From positions 1 through 36,792 of the forward strand of contig CAVHJW010000002.1 in NCBI GenBank assembly GCA_963636335.1: a stretch of DNA of 36,792 nt, read 5' to 3'. Under the pieces are notes generated by a model that had not been told where the DNA came from, searched no databases, and saw nothing but the letters and a program-made list of their open reading frames with translations. This document shows positions 8,100 to 16,897 of the stretch, piece by piece; the first letter of the stretch is position 1, and each line of letters opens with the position of its first letter. The translations under genes were made by a program, and so were the position numbers. The DNA is from a bacterium (lineage in GTDB: Bacteria; Verrucomicrobiota; Kiritimatiellia; RFP12; UBA1067).

Positions 8100-9779
8100 T
8101 TAGTTCGCGTCACCCATCGTGACGCGCAGCACCTCGGCAAGCGATGTCATGCCGCTCGCCACTTTCAGCATGCCGTCCTCGCGCAACGTGCGCATACCCA
8201 TCTCACGGGCGCGTTCACGCAAAAGCGATGCGGGCGCGTGGTCAAAGATGAGGCGCTGAATCGTGTCATCAACCTTGAAAATCTCAAAGATGCCCTTGCG
8301 CCCCTTGTAGCCCGTCTTGCCACACTTGTCGCAACCCGCGCCATGATACATATGATCGGGAACTTGCGCATTCGTGCCCTTTGAGAGCCCCGTCAGCATC
8401 TTAATCTCGCGATCGGTCGGTGTGTACGCCTCTTTGCAATTCTCGCAGATGGCGCGCACGAGTCGCTGGGCCATCGCGGCGCGCAAGGCGGAGGCGACGA
8501 GAAACGGCTTGACACCAATATCAAGAAGACGCGTGACGGCCGACGGCGCGTCATTCGTGTGCAAGGTTGAGAAGACGAGGTGACCCGTCAAAGCCGCTTC
8601 CATCGCGATGTCAGCCGTCTCCGCATCGCGAATTTCGCCAATCATGACGATGTTCGGTGCCTGACGCAAAATCGAACGGAGCGCGGCGGAGAAGTCAAGG
8701 CCGACGTCCTTATTCACCTGCACCTGATTGATGCCGCTCATTTGGTATTCGACCGGATCCTCAACCGTGATGAGCTTCTTGTCGGGCGTATTGATTTGAC
8801 CTAAGCAAGCGTAAAGCGTCGTGGTCTTGCCTGAGCCCGTCGGCCCCGTCACGAGGACAACACCATCTGGCAACTTAATGAGACGCTCAAACGTCGTTTG
8901 GTCATCGGAAAGAAAGCCCAATTGCGGCAAGCCAAGCGAGAGGTTCGACTTATCAAGAATACGCATGACGATCGACTCGCCGTGATTCGTCGGCACCGAC
9001 GAAACACGCAAGTCAAGATCTTTGCCGCCAACGGTAATCTGGATGCGGCCATCTTGTGGAACGCGCTTTTCCGAGATCTTCATCTTCGACATGATCTTGA
9101 AGCGCGAGATGAGCGCGCCCTGCAAACGCTTCGGCGGCGAGTCCATCTTGCGGAGCGCGCCATCAATGCGGTAGCGGACGCGAAACTCCTTCTCAAGCGG
9201 CTCGATGTGAATATCAGACGCCTTCATCTTGATCGCCGTCGTGATAATCATATTAGCGAGCTTGATGACAGCCGAGTCATCGCCTGGCGCGACATTCTCG
9301 CCAAGCCCCATCTCATCGCGCGTCGTCACCTCAGCTTCAGCGGCCGAAGCGTAGACCTTCGCCTGCGCAGCCTTTGCCTCGGCAATCGGACAAAGAACCG
9401 CCTCAACATCCTTGCCGCGCAAAACGTAGCGCAACGAGTCAATCGCGTCGTAGCCCATCGGGTCAATGAGCGCAACCGTGACTGCATCGTCCGTTGCGAC
9501 GACCGGCACGACGCCATATTTCTTCGCGATTTCATCCGGGATGGCCTTCGCGGCCTCGCTCTGAATCGCCTCCGCGTCGATGTGGCAATATTTAAGCCCA
9601 AACTGGTCGGCGATTGTGCCGAGAACCGTGTCCTCGTCAAGCGTGCCACCTGCGACGAGCACATCGAGCGTCGTCTCGTTCTCGGCCTTCATTGAATTCC
9701 GGGCCGTCTCAACCTGCTCGGGCGTCAGAAACCCGCGCTCGGTCAGAAGCTGGACAACATATTCGTCGTTACTCGTCAT
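8100..9779 (-). CDS. pilB: GspE/PilB-type secretion or pilus-assembly ATPase
   Basis: 559 aa. It has an N-terminal T2SSE_N-like domain, 'GPTGSGKTTT', 'ILRQAPNIVMIGEIRD', 'GHLVFSTLHTND', and a tetracysteine 'CENC...CDKC'. Confidence 0.9.
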   Translation of the reverse strand: MTSNDEYVVQLLTERGFLTPEQVETARNSMKAENETTLDVLVAGGTLDEDTVLGTIADQFGLKYCHIDAEAIQSEAAKAIPDEIAKKYGVVPVVATDDAVTVALIDPMGYDAIDSLRYVLRGKDVEAVLCPIAEAKAAQAKVYASAAEAEVTTRDEMGLGENVAPGDDSAVIKLANMIITTAIKMKASDIHIEPLEKEFRVRYRIDGALRKMDSPPKRLQGALISRFKIMSKMKISEKRVPQDGRIQITVGGKDLDLRVSSVPTNHGESIVMRILDKSNLSLGLPQLGFLSDDQTTFERLIKLPDGVVLVTGPTGSGKTTTLYACLGQINTPDKKLITVEDPVEYQMSGINQVQVNKDVGLDFSAALRSILRQAPNIVMIGEIRDAETADIAMEAALTGHLVFSTLHTNDAPSAVTRLLDIGVKPFLVASALRAAMAQRLVRAICENCKEAYTPTDREIKMLTGLSKGTNAQVPDHMYHGAGCDKCGKTGYKGRKGIFEIFKVDDTIQRLIFDHAPASLLRERAREMGMRTLREDGMLKVASGMTSLAEVLRVTMGDAN

Positions 9780-9789
9780 GGCAAAATCT

Positions 9790-9818
9790 ATTATAGCCTA
9801 AATCGCCGTGCGCGACAA
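9790..9818 (-). promoter_or_regulatory. Sigma70-like promoter for pilB: -35 TTGTCG, 17-nt spacer, -10 TATAAT; the mRNA is predicted to be leaderless
   Basis: The minus strand reads TTGTCG (9818..9813), N17, TATAAT (9795..9790), then 10 nt (agattttgcc) to the ATG at 9779. Confidence 0.6.
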
Positions 9819-9821
9819 GGC

Positions 9822-11285
9822 TCAGAGCTCCTTGATGAAGATGTTGCGCCACTCAATGGGGTCGCCGTGGCACTGAAGTTCAATCTGCCCTTCGGGGAAA
9901 ATCGCACGCGCACGATCCCAATAATTCTCAAGCGTGACGTTGTCAACGACAAGAACGCCATTGAGCCAAACCGTCACCTTCTCGCCGCGCATGATGACGT
10001 GGAAGCGATTCCAATCGCCAACGAGCTTATCGGCAAGGACGAGCGCACGCGAGGGGTTCTTCTGGTTATTGTAAAGCCCACCCGAACCGATGCCCCACTG
10101 GTTGAGCGCGTCCCAAATCTGAACCTGTGGCGAACCCCGCAGATAGAGACCTGAGTCGCCCGTCACCGAGAGAAGTCGCCAATCAGCCCAAAGCTCAAAA
10201 TCCTTGAAGTCCTTCGCCGTCGCAAGCGAGTAGCCGCCGCGGAAGCCGTCAAAGAAGAGAACACCGTTTCGCACATGCCAATGCGCATCGCGCGCAAAGT
10301 CGGCCGTGCGCTGCATCTCAAGGCGTGTATCAGGGTCTGCCGCCGCACGCACGAGAGGGTTATCAAACTTATGCGTGGATGTCACACCCTTCCACATCGT
10401 CTTCAGCTGCTTGGGGTCTCCGTTGAAATAAGGGGTGAAGCCGTCAATCGCCTTCGTTGTCATCTTAGGGCAAACGCCATCCATCGTCGCGTTCTTTGGA
10501 AGTTCCAAAACGCGGATGTTCCTCAAAAAGACATTCGTGCTCGCGCCGAGAATGGCGATGTGACCCTTCTTGTTCTGAATGCCGAGATGCGAGCGCGCGT
10601 CAAGCGTGTCGCCATCGCCCTTAAGCCCCGCGACATTCGTCTTGGTGACGAGCGTCCCGTTGAGGACGACCTCAATCTCGCTACCGATGACGCGGATTTC
10701 ATAGAAGTTCCATAGACCCGGCTTCCGCATGTAACTGCCATTACCCGTGAAGTTCTTTTCTTTGCCCCAAATCTGCTTATTCACATTGTCGCGACGGCTC
10801 GCCGCGATGCCGAAGACACTGCCTGAGTAACGGTAGGGCGCCTTCAGCTTCGGTGTGTGCGACTCGGCATCATAGAACTTCGAACCCCCATCGTCAAGAA
10901 TCTGCACTTCACCCATCCCCTCAAACGCCGCGTTCACCGTCGGATTCGGGACACGCAGACCGATGCCGCAGTCACCGTTCTCGGGCAACAGCACCTCAAA
11001 GCGCAGGACGAAGTTCTCGTATTCCTTGCGCGTCAGAAGGTTGCCACGATCGACGCGCCCTGGGCGCTCCACGCACGCAAGGACATTTTCCTCGCGAACC
11101 TCGCCCGTTGAAAGCGTCGTCTTGTACGGCTCAACGCCGAAGATTGTTGACCCATACCACCCGCGCAAATCGCGCCCATTGAACAGGCTTTCAAAACCTT
11201 CTTCAATCGTTGCGGGATACACTTCTTCACCGAACGCCGCGCACGAGAGAAACGCGCACACAACGGCCATCAACGAAAACTTCAT
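9822..11285 (-). CDS. Secreted protein with two DUF1080 (3-keto-disaccharide hydrolase-like) domains
   Basis: 487 aa with a signal peptide, MKFSLMAVVCAFLSCAAFG. Both DUF1080 copies show the family start and end patterns ('FESLFNGRDLRGW...LRNIRVLEL' and '...IELQCHGDPIEWRNIFIKEL'). Confidence 0.8.
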   Translation of the reverse strand: MKFSLMAVVCAFLSCAAFGEEVYPATIEEGFESLFNGRDLRGWYGSTIFGVEPYKTTLSTGEVREENVLACVERPGRVDRGNLLTRKEYENFVLRFEVLLPENGDCGIGLRVPNPTVNAAFEGMGEVQILDDGGSKFYDAESHTPKLKAPYRYSGSVFGIAASRRDNVNKQIWGKEKNFTGNGSYMRKPGLWNFYEIRVIGSEIEVVLNGTLVTKTNVAGLKGDGDTLDARSHLGIQNKKGHIAILGASTNVFLRNIRVLELPKNATMDGVCPKMTTKAIDGFTPYFNGDPKQLKTMWKGVTSTHKFDNPLVRAAADPDTRLEMQRTADFARDAHWHVRNGVLFFDGFRGGYSLATAKDFKDFELWADWRLLSVTGDSGLYLRGSPQVQIWDALNQWGIGSGGLYNNQKNPSRALVLADKLVGDWNRFHVIMRGEKVTVWLNGVLVVDNVTLENYWDRARAIFPEGQIELQCHGDPIEWRNIFIKEL

Positions 11286-11332
11286 GATTTTTCCAAAGAC
11301 TCCTTAAGAGGCGTGTACAAAGAAAAGAGATT

Positions 11333-12226
11333 TCAAACGGCCTTCCATTCAAGCGAAAGATCAATGGAGCCCGCCGAATGCGTGAGGCAACCGAGCGAAA
11401 TCGCCGTCACCCCCGTCGCCGCGACTTCTTTCGCACGTTCCAGCGTGATGCCGCCCGACGCTTCCGTCTTCGAGAGGCCCTGACACATCTTGACGCATTT
11501 CTTCATGTCGGCAACAGACATATTGTCGAGCATAATCCACTCAGGCTTCGCCTTGAGGGCACTCGCGCATTCGCGCAAGCTCTCAACCTCAACTTCAACA
11601 TCAAGTTTCGGAAACGCCTGACGCGCCGCCATCACGGCCTCATCGAGTTCATCGGGGTTACCACCCTTCCAAAGCCGACGATGATTATCCTTCATCAGGA
11701 CGCGGTCATACATGCCCATGCGGTGATTCGTGCCGCCGCCACAGAGAACGGCATACTTCTCAAAGACACGAAGGCCAGGCGTCGTCTTGCGCGTATCGAG
11801 AATCAGCGTCCCGTATCGCCGCGTCGCGTCAACAAACTTGCGCGTCAAGGTCGCCGTCGCGCACATCCGCTGCATGAAGTTGAGCGCCGTGCGTTCAGCC
11901 GCGAGAATGGAACGCGCCTTGCCGCGAAACGTGAGAATCGTCTCCTTTGGCTTCACGCACGATCCATCCTTCTTTAAGATCTTCACTTGGATGGAAGGAT
12001 CAACCGCCTTCATCACGGCCTTCGCAACCGTCGCGCCCGCGACCACGCAACCCGTCCCCTTCGCGTAAATTTCGCCCGTGGCAACTGCCTTCGGATCCAC
12101 GAGTGCGAGACTTGTTGCATCGCACCACGTCGCCTTCGAAGCGAGACGCGATGCATCTGCGAGGTCTTCGTCAAGTGCCAAAAGAACCGCGGCCTTGGCG
12201 CGCGGCGAAAGCATGACGTCTTTCAT
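11333..12226 (-). CDS. nadC: Nicotinate-nucleotide pyrophosphorylase (quinolinate phosphoribosyltransferase)
   Basis: Motifs 'ILDTRKTTPGLR' and 'GGGTNHRMGMYD'. I place the start at the ATG at 12226 (MKDVML...), which has GGGAG 8 nt upstream. The longer ORF to 12280 would overlap the upstream gene. Confidence 0.9.
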   Translation of the reverse strand: MKDVMLSPRAKAAVLLALDEDLADASRLASKATWCDATSLALVDPKAVATGEIYAKGTGCVVAGATVAKAVMKAVDPSIQVKILKKDGSCVKPKETILTFRGKARSILAAERTALNFMQRMCATATLTRKFVDATRRYGTLILDTRKTTPGLRVFEKYAVLCGGGTNHRMGMYDRVLMKDNHRRLWKGGNPDELDEAVMAARQAFPKLDVEVEVESLRECASALKAKPEWIMLDNMSVADMKKCVKMCQGLSKTEASGGITLERAKEVAATGVTAISLGCLTHSAGSIDLSLEWKAV

Positions 12227-12246
12227 ACGAAAAAATCTCCCGCGTC

Positions 12247-12486
12247 TTAGGCCGGCATGAGGAATTCCCAATGCTTCCAAAGCATATACACGAGAACTCC
12301 TGTCACGATGAGCGAGATAATCGCCGCGCCGAACGCCACCTTGAGCCCAGTCGTTGCGCCCGCGGACTTTTGGGACGCATCGGGAGTGTCAAGGCGAAGA
12401 CGGCTCGCAATGGTCGCGCCGCCCGGGGCAGTGGACGTCGCCGTCGCAGGCGCTTTCGTCACTTTAATAGGCTTTTTGATAGTCAT
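12247..12486 (-). CDS. Small (79 aa) tail-anchored membrane protein of unknown function
   Basis: MTIKKPIKVTKAPATATS... is a low-complexity N-terminal part, followed by a single C-terminal TM segment (VAFGAAIISLIVTGVLVYMLW). The start was chosen at the ATG at 12486 because TGGTATAAT ends 7 nt upstream. Confidence 0.55.
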   Translation of the reverse strand: MTIKKPIKVTKAPATATSTAPGGATIASRLRLDTPDASQKSAGATTGLKVAFGAAIISLIVTGVLVYMLWKHWEFLMPA

Positions 12487-12493
12487 ATTTAGG

Positions 12494-12502
12494 ATTATAC
12501 CA
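12494..12502 (-). promoter_or_regulatory. Extended -10 promoter (TGGTATAAT); the mRNA is predicted to be leaderless
   Basis: The minus strand reads TGGTATAAT-cctaaat-ATG (7 nt). A possible -35 (TTGATT) lies 18 nt upstream and overlaps the stop codon of the preceding gene. Confidence 0.6.
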
Positions 12503-12519
12503 CGAGCGCACACTCCAAA

Positions 12520-13872
12520 TCAAGGCGTGATTTCTCTGCAATTCACGCGGCGCCCCTTCAAGGCGAGCGCGAGGTAGACGGCGAGCGTCACGCAGACAGG
12601 CGCAACAAAGATAGCGGCAACCGCCATCGCCCAACCTGGGATACCAAGGGGCAGAAGCGCGGCAAGCGTTGCGAAGAGTGAGAGCGTGTAGGCAATCTGA
12701 CCGAACATTACGGCCTTTGAGTTGCGCCGCGCCGCAGCGATGCCCTCAATACGTGCGCGCACGGCTTGAATAACGGCAATCGCCGAATAAAGCGCAATCG
12801 CGAGCCGTGCCGTCGGCAAGATTGCGTCTGGGATATTTTGGAATGTTCCAAAGTACCAGTTGCCGACGAGAGGCGTTGCGAAAACGAGCGGAATGAGCCC
12901 CAGAAGAAGACCGGCAATAACCGCATAGAGGAGAAGCCGCCGATCACCCGGGTATTCGGGGACGAACTTGACCGAGACCGTCTGCAACTTCAGCGCGGCG
13001 AACGCGACGGGGTTCGCGACGCCGAGTGTGACGTAGTGGATCGCGAGCATATTGGCCGCGTCCGCCGTCCGCGCCACAAAGGCCGCCACCACAAGCGGCG
13101 AGGAGGCAAGCAAAAAGCCTCCGAGAGCAAGCGGTAGCGTAAAGCGGAACTGCTCAGCGAGGAGCGCGGCCGATGAAGGCAGGCACGACGTATCATCGCT
13201 GACCGTCACGTCTGATTCGGACGGACGATTCGGCAATTTCGCGACATAGGGCCGTGCGTAAAGCCACGTAATAATCGTTTCAACCCACACGCCGACGGTG
13301 AGCGCAAAGAGACCCCAACGAGGCCCCACAAGTCCCCACAGTGGGAAAACAACCGAGAACACAAGCGTCACGACAATACGCGCGAGTGTTGCGTTATTCG
13401 ACTTTCCACTTTCAAGGTTGTTGAAGAGAACAACCATCGGCAAGTTTCGGATGAAAAAGCCCGCATTCATCACAACACCGAAAACAAGAATTTCGCGCGA
13501 GACAGCGGCTAATTCAGGCGAAAGACCGAAGAATCCTTCAAAGACCCATGTGTAAACAAAAGGCAAGGCGGGGACGCATTGCAAAAGAAGAAGCGTCACC
13601 ATCATGAGCGCATTAAGGCGACGAAAGGTCGTGTAGCCAAAATAGGTCTTCGCAAAAACGAGTCCCGTTGTGACGAGACCGCCGCCGAGCGCGCCAATCA
13701 TGAACATAATCATGAGGCCTTGACTAAAGGCCGTGAGCGCGTGGACGCCGTAAGCACCGTGCGTGACAATGCCCGCGACAAGCGGATAAGAGAGAGACTG
13801 CGAGAACCCTTGCAGAAGGAGGGGAATGTAGAAGCGCGTCACGCGCGGCACCGAGAACGTGGGCGCGTCCAT
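12520..13872 (-). CDS. Polytopic (about 12 TM) MOP/MATE-superfamily-like membrane protein; putative flippase or exporter
   Basis: The composition is hydrophobic throughout, in two halves separated by a Ser/Asp-rich loop. I place the start at the ATG at 13872 (MDAPTF...), 1 nt after the upstream stop. The longer ORF to 13986 overlaps the upstream gene. Confidence 0.55.
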   Translation of the reverse strand: MDAPTFSVPRVTRFYIPLLLQGFSQSLSYPLVAGIVTHGAYGVHALTAFSQGLMIMFMIGALGGGLVTTGLVFAKTYFGYTTFRRLNALMMVTLLLLQCVPALPFVYTWVFEGFFGLSPELAAVSREILVFGVVMNAGFFIRNLPMVVLFNNLESGKSNNATLARIVVTLVFSVVFPLWGLVGPRWGLFALTVGVWVETIITWLYARPYVAKLPNRPSESDVTVSDDTSCLPSSAALLAEQFRFTLPLALGGFLLASSPLVVAAFVARTADAANMLAIHYVTLGVANPVAFAALKLQTVSVKFVPEYPGDRRLLLYAVIAGLLLGLIPLVFATPLVGNWYFGTFQNIPDAILPTARLAIALYSAIAVIQAVRARIEGIAAARRNSKAVMFGQIAYTLSLFATLAALLPLGIPGWAMAVAAIFVAPVCVTLAVYLALALKGRRVNCREITP

Positions 13873-13873
13873 C

Positions 13874-15457
13874 TCACCAGATTCCCATACGGAGGTAGGG
13901 CAGAATATTCTTCTCAAGCGTGACGTCGAGATCAAAGAGCGCGTTGCCTGCGACGCCTGCGCGCCGCGAGGTTTTGATTTGGTCAATCACTTCACCCGCG
14001 TCAAGGCGCGACTCGTTCGCCGTCACGCCAATCCCCACAATGAGGCGGCGCGCGCGCGTTGTCTTCGCAGTCTGTTGCATGAGAAGCGCGGACATCTTAA
14101 GCGGTGACGAGGTGTAGTTCATCGGCACCGCGTAGTCCACGAGGTTTGCGTCAAGCCACCCCTGCCAATCTTGCCCCACCGTTGAGACGCACTGTGGGTA
14201 CTTGCCATAGACCGCCGCCGTCAGCCACTTCGGCCGTCGGACGCGTCGGCGCGCATCCGAAACGAAAGTTGTCACATACTGCGCGGCATTCGCGGGCTTT
14301 TTCGTCCCGTCGCCCCAGCGCACAAAATCAAGATGGATGCCCGAGACGGAATACTTCGACTGGATCTCATCAATCGCGCGGAGCATCAATGCGCGCACCT
14401 CCGCGTTTGACGGGTCCAGATAATCCGTCCAAGAACCGTTCGCCGCACGAAGCCGCCAACCGCGCCGCTCGTAGTCTGCGAGTTTCGCGGGCGTCGCGCG
14501 CGTCGCACTAAACGCGAGCACCCACGCGTGGACGCGAATCCCAGTCCCCTTCGCGGCGTCAAGACAGGCGGCCAGTTGATCGCCTTCTTGCTGATATGTT
14601 TTTGAGCGCGGCAGAACATCGCTTGCGTAGTGCGCGAAACCCGCGCCCGCCACATTGACAAAAAGGTCGGTGACGTGTGCGTTTCGAAGAAGAGCCATCG
14701 TCCGCTTCCAATTCCCCGGGTAAAGCCCACAGCCCGAATGATCCCAGACGGCGTGAATTTCACCCGCGCGTGGCGTTTCCTTGATGGCGCGCGCACGGAG
14801 ATCTTTCTCTTTCTTTTCAACACGCGCCTTATGAGCCGCCTCGCTCCACGCCGTTGGGTCAACCGAGCCGACAAACGCGCCGAGCATTTGTGCCTTTAAG
14901 TCCTCGTCGCCATCCGCAAGAAGAACATGCGTCATCCAATAGCCACCCGCCGTTGCGATCCACGCCGCATCGCCCGTGAGTGTTCCCGTTCGATCGGCCC
15001 AAAGAGCGAGCGTTCGCCCTTTCCCCGGAAGTGGCGCGGCACGCAAAAGCACAGTTGATGTCTGGCGAATGGAAGTCGGAAGCCCCGCAGGAATCTTTGA
15101 TTGAAAGACCATGCGACTCCACGCCCCCGCATAGGGCGCGGCCGCGTAGCCGAGAATCTTCACATCCATAAGCGCGGCGAGTTGCGTTGAAGAGGAATGA
15201 AAGACAACGAGTTTGCCACCCGCGGCGCGGTAATCTTTTAAAATTGCCATTTCAGCCGCCGTCGGTTTGTCGAAGCCTACAAGAAACGCGAGCTTCTCGC
15301 CTTCAAGGGCCGTTTTCATCTCGCGGGGGGTGACAACACGCGAGGCAACCTTCTCATCACCGAGCCAGCGTTGAATGTGCCGCGCAAGCGACGTGTAGTA
15401 ACCTGGGTCGTGCGCGACAACCGTAACGGCGAGAAGAAGCGAAGAGACGAGTGTCAT
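13874..15457 (-). CDS. Glycoside-hydrolase-like family 10 (GHL10/DUF4015, YngK-like) protein with an extra N-terminal domain of about 230 aa
   Basis: 527 aa with an N-terminal signal/anchor, MTLVSSLLLAVTVVA. The C-terminal half shows TIM-barrel-like GHL10 patterns ('IHAVWDHSG', 'GIRVHAWV', 'SGIHLDFVRW', 'DYAVPMNY'). Confidence 0.7.
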   Translation of the reverse strand: MTLVSSLLLAVTVVAHDPGYYTSLARHIQRWLGDEKVASRVVTPREMKTALEGEKLAFLVGFDKPTAAEMAILKDYRAAGGKLVVFHSSSTQLAALMDVKILGYAAAPYAGAWSRMVFQSKIPAGLPTSIRQTSTVLLRAAPLPGKGRTLALWADRTGTLTGDAAWIATAGGYWMTHVLLADGDEDLKAQMLGAFVGSVDPTAWSEAAHKARVEKKEKDLRARAIKETPRAGEIHAVWDHSGCGLYPGNWKRTMALLRNAHVTDLFVNVAGAGFAHYASDVLPRSKTYQQEGDQLAACLDAAKGTGIRVHAWVLAFSATRATPAKLADYERRGWRLRAANGSWTDYLDPSNAEVRALMLRAIDEIQSKYSVSGIHLDFVRWGDGTKKPANAAQYVTTFVSDARRRVRRPKWLTAAVYGKYPQCVSTVGQDWQGWLDANLVDYAVPMNYTSSPLKMSALLMQQTAKTTRARRLIVGIGVTANESRLDAGEVIDQIKTSRRAGVAGNALFDLDVTLEKNILPYLRMGIW

Positions 15458-16176
15458 CGCGCCTCCTTCCGCGCGGCCAAGAGGTCAGGACGCTGAGCCT
15501 CGGTACGCTTTGTCGCCTCGGCGCGCCGCCACGCTTCAATCTTTCGATGATCCCCACTTAAAAGAACATCGGGCACCTTCATACCGCGAAAGAGGGCGGG
15601 GTGTGTATACTGCGGCGTTTCTAAAATTCCCTCCGCGCCGAAGCTTTCCGAGGCGGTCGCCGCCGCGCCGCCACCGAGCGCACCGGGCAAAAGGCGAACA
15701 ATCGCATCCGTCATCGCCGCCGCCGCGAGTTCGCCGCCTGTCATCACAAAGTCGCCAATGGAGTAAAGGTCTGTCGCAAGCGTTTCGCACCGCGCGTCAA
15801 AGCCTTCATAATGACCGCACATAAAGATGAGGTGAAGATCTGACTCTGCCGCCATGTGCGCAAACGATTCGGCATCGCGTTGGACGAACGTCCGACCCGC
15901 GGGCGAGGTCATGATGACGCGCGCCAAAGCCCCTGCGGGCGTCTTCGCACGACAGGACTCAACGGCGGCGAACCACGGCTCACAGCGCATAAGCATCCCA
16001 GGGCCACCGCCATACGGCGCATCGTCCGTCTTGTGCCAGCGACCGAGACCGAAGTCCTTTAAATCAATGACCGAGATGGAGCAGAGTCCCTTCTCAACGG
16101 CGCGCGCCAGAATGGAATGCGCAAAGAACCCCGTGAGCATCTCGGGCTGTACGCTGATGAGGTCGACCCGAAGCAC
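15454..16176 (-). CDS. trmD: tRNA (guanine37-N1)-methyltransferase
   Basis: 240 aa with a GTG start. Motifs: 'DLISVQPEML', 'PYGGGPGM', 'CGHYEGFD'. The stop overlaps the next start (ATGA at 15454..15457). Confidence 0.92.
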   Translation of the reverse strand: MLRVDLISVQPEMLTGFFAHSILARAVEKGLCSISVIDLKDFGLGRWHKTDDAPYGGGPGMLMRCEPWFAAVESCRAKTPAGALARVIMTSPAGRTFVQRDAESFAHMAAESDLHLIFMCGHYEGFDARCETLATDLYSIGDFVMTGGELAAAAMTDAIVRLLPGALGGGAAATASESFGAEGILETPQYTHPALFRGMKVPDVLLSGDHRKIEAWRRAEATKRTEAQRPDLLAARKEAR

Positions 16177-16185
16177 AGAAAAGCC

Positions 16186-16896
16186 CTACCCTTCGTGTTT
16201 GAGATCTGCTGCCCCCGTCACATCTTTCACGAGATGGCCATCCTTCATCACAAGGTGGCGCGTCGCATAAGCGGCAATATCGTCCTCGTGCGTGACCATG
16301 ACAATCGTGATACCCTCGTGCGAGAGATCCGTGAAGAGGTTCATAATCTCAATTGAACTCTTCGTATCGAGGTTGCCCGTTGGCTCGTCAGCGAAAAGGA
16401 CGGGCGGATTATTCATCAGCGCGCGCGCGATGGCAACACGCTGCTGTTGGCCGCCCGAAAGCTGCGCAGGCGTGTGCCCAATGCGCCCGCCAAGACCCAC
16501 GCGCCGAAGAAGCTCAATGGCGCGCGCGCGACGCTTGGCGCGCGTCAGGCGGCCGAGATAGAGATCGGGGAGTTCAACCTGCTCAACCGCACGCGTGCGC
16601 GGCAGGAGGTTGAAGTTCTGAAAAACAAAACCGAGCTTCTGGTTGCGAATGTGCGCGAGTTCGGTCGGTGTCCGCGCGGCGACCTCTGTCCCGTCAAGAA
16701 GGTAGGAGCCCGATGTCGGCGTATCAAGACAGCCGAGGATGTTCAACATCGTCGACTTGCCTGAACCCGACGCGCCCATAATGGCGACGAACTCGCCTGA
16801 CTCAATCGTCGTTGAGACGCCGTCTAAGGCGTGCACCGACTCGTCGCCAACCTGATAGGTCTTGCGAAGGTCGCGAATCTCAATGAGGTGTCCCAT
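16186..16896 (-). CDS. MacB/LolD-type ABC transporter ATP-binding protein (ATPase only, no fused permease)
   Basis: Walker A 'GASGSGKST', signature 'LSGGQQQR', Walker B '[11 protein letters not shown]', H-loop 'VTHE'. The start ATG at 16896 ([10 protein letters not shown]...) lies 1 nt after the upstream stop. Confidence 0.9.
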   Translation of the reverse strand: MGHLIEIRDLRKTYQVGDESVHALDGVSTTIESGEFVAIMGASGSGKSTMLNILGCLDTPTSGSYLLDGTEVAARTPTELAHIRNQKLGFVFQNFNLLPRTRAVEQVELPDLYLGRLTRAKRRARAIELLRRVGLGGRIGHTPAQLSGGQQQRVAIARALMNNPPVLFADEPTGNLDTKSSIEIMNLFTDLSHEGITIVMVTHEDDIAAYATRHLVMKDGHLVKDVTGAADLKHEG

Positions 16897-16897
16897 G

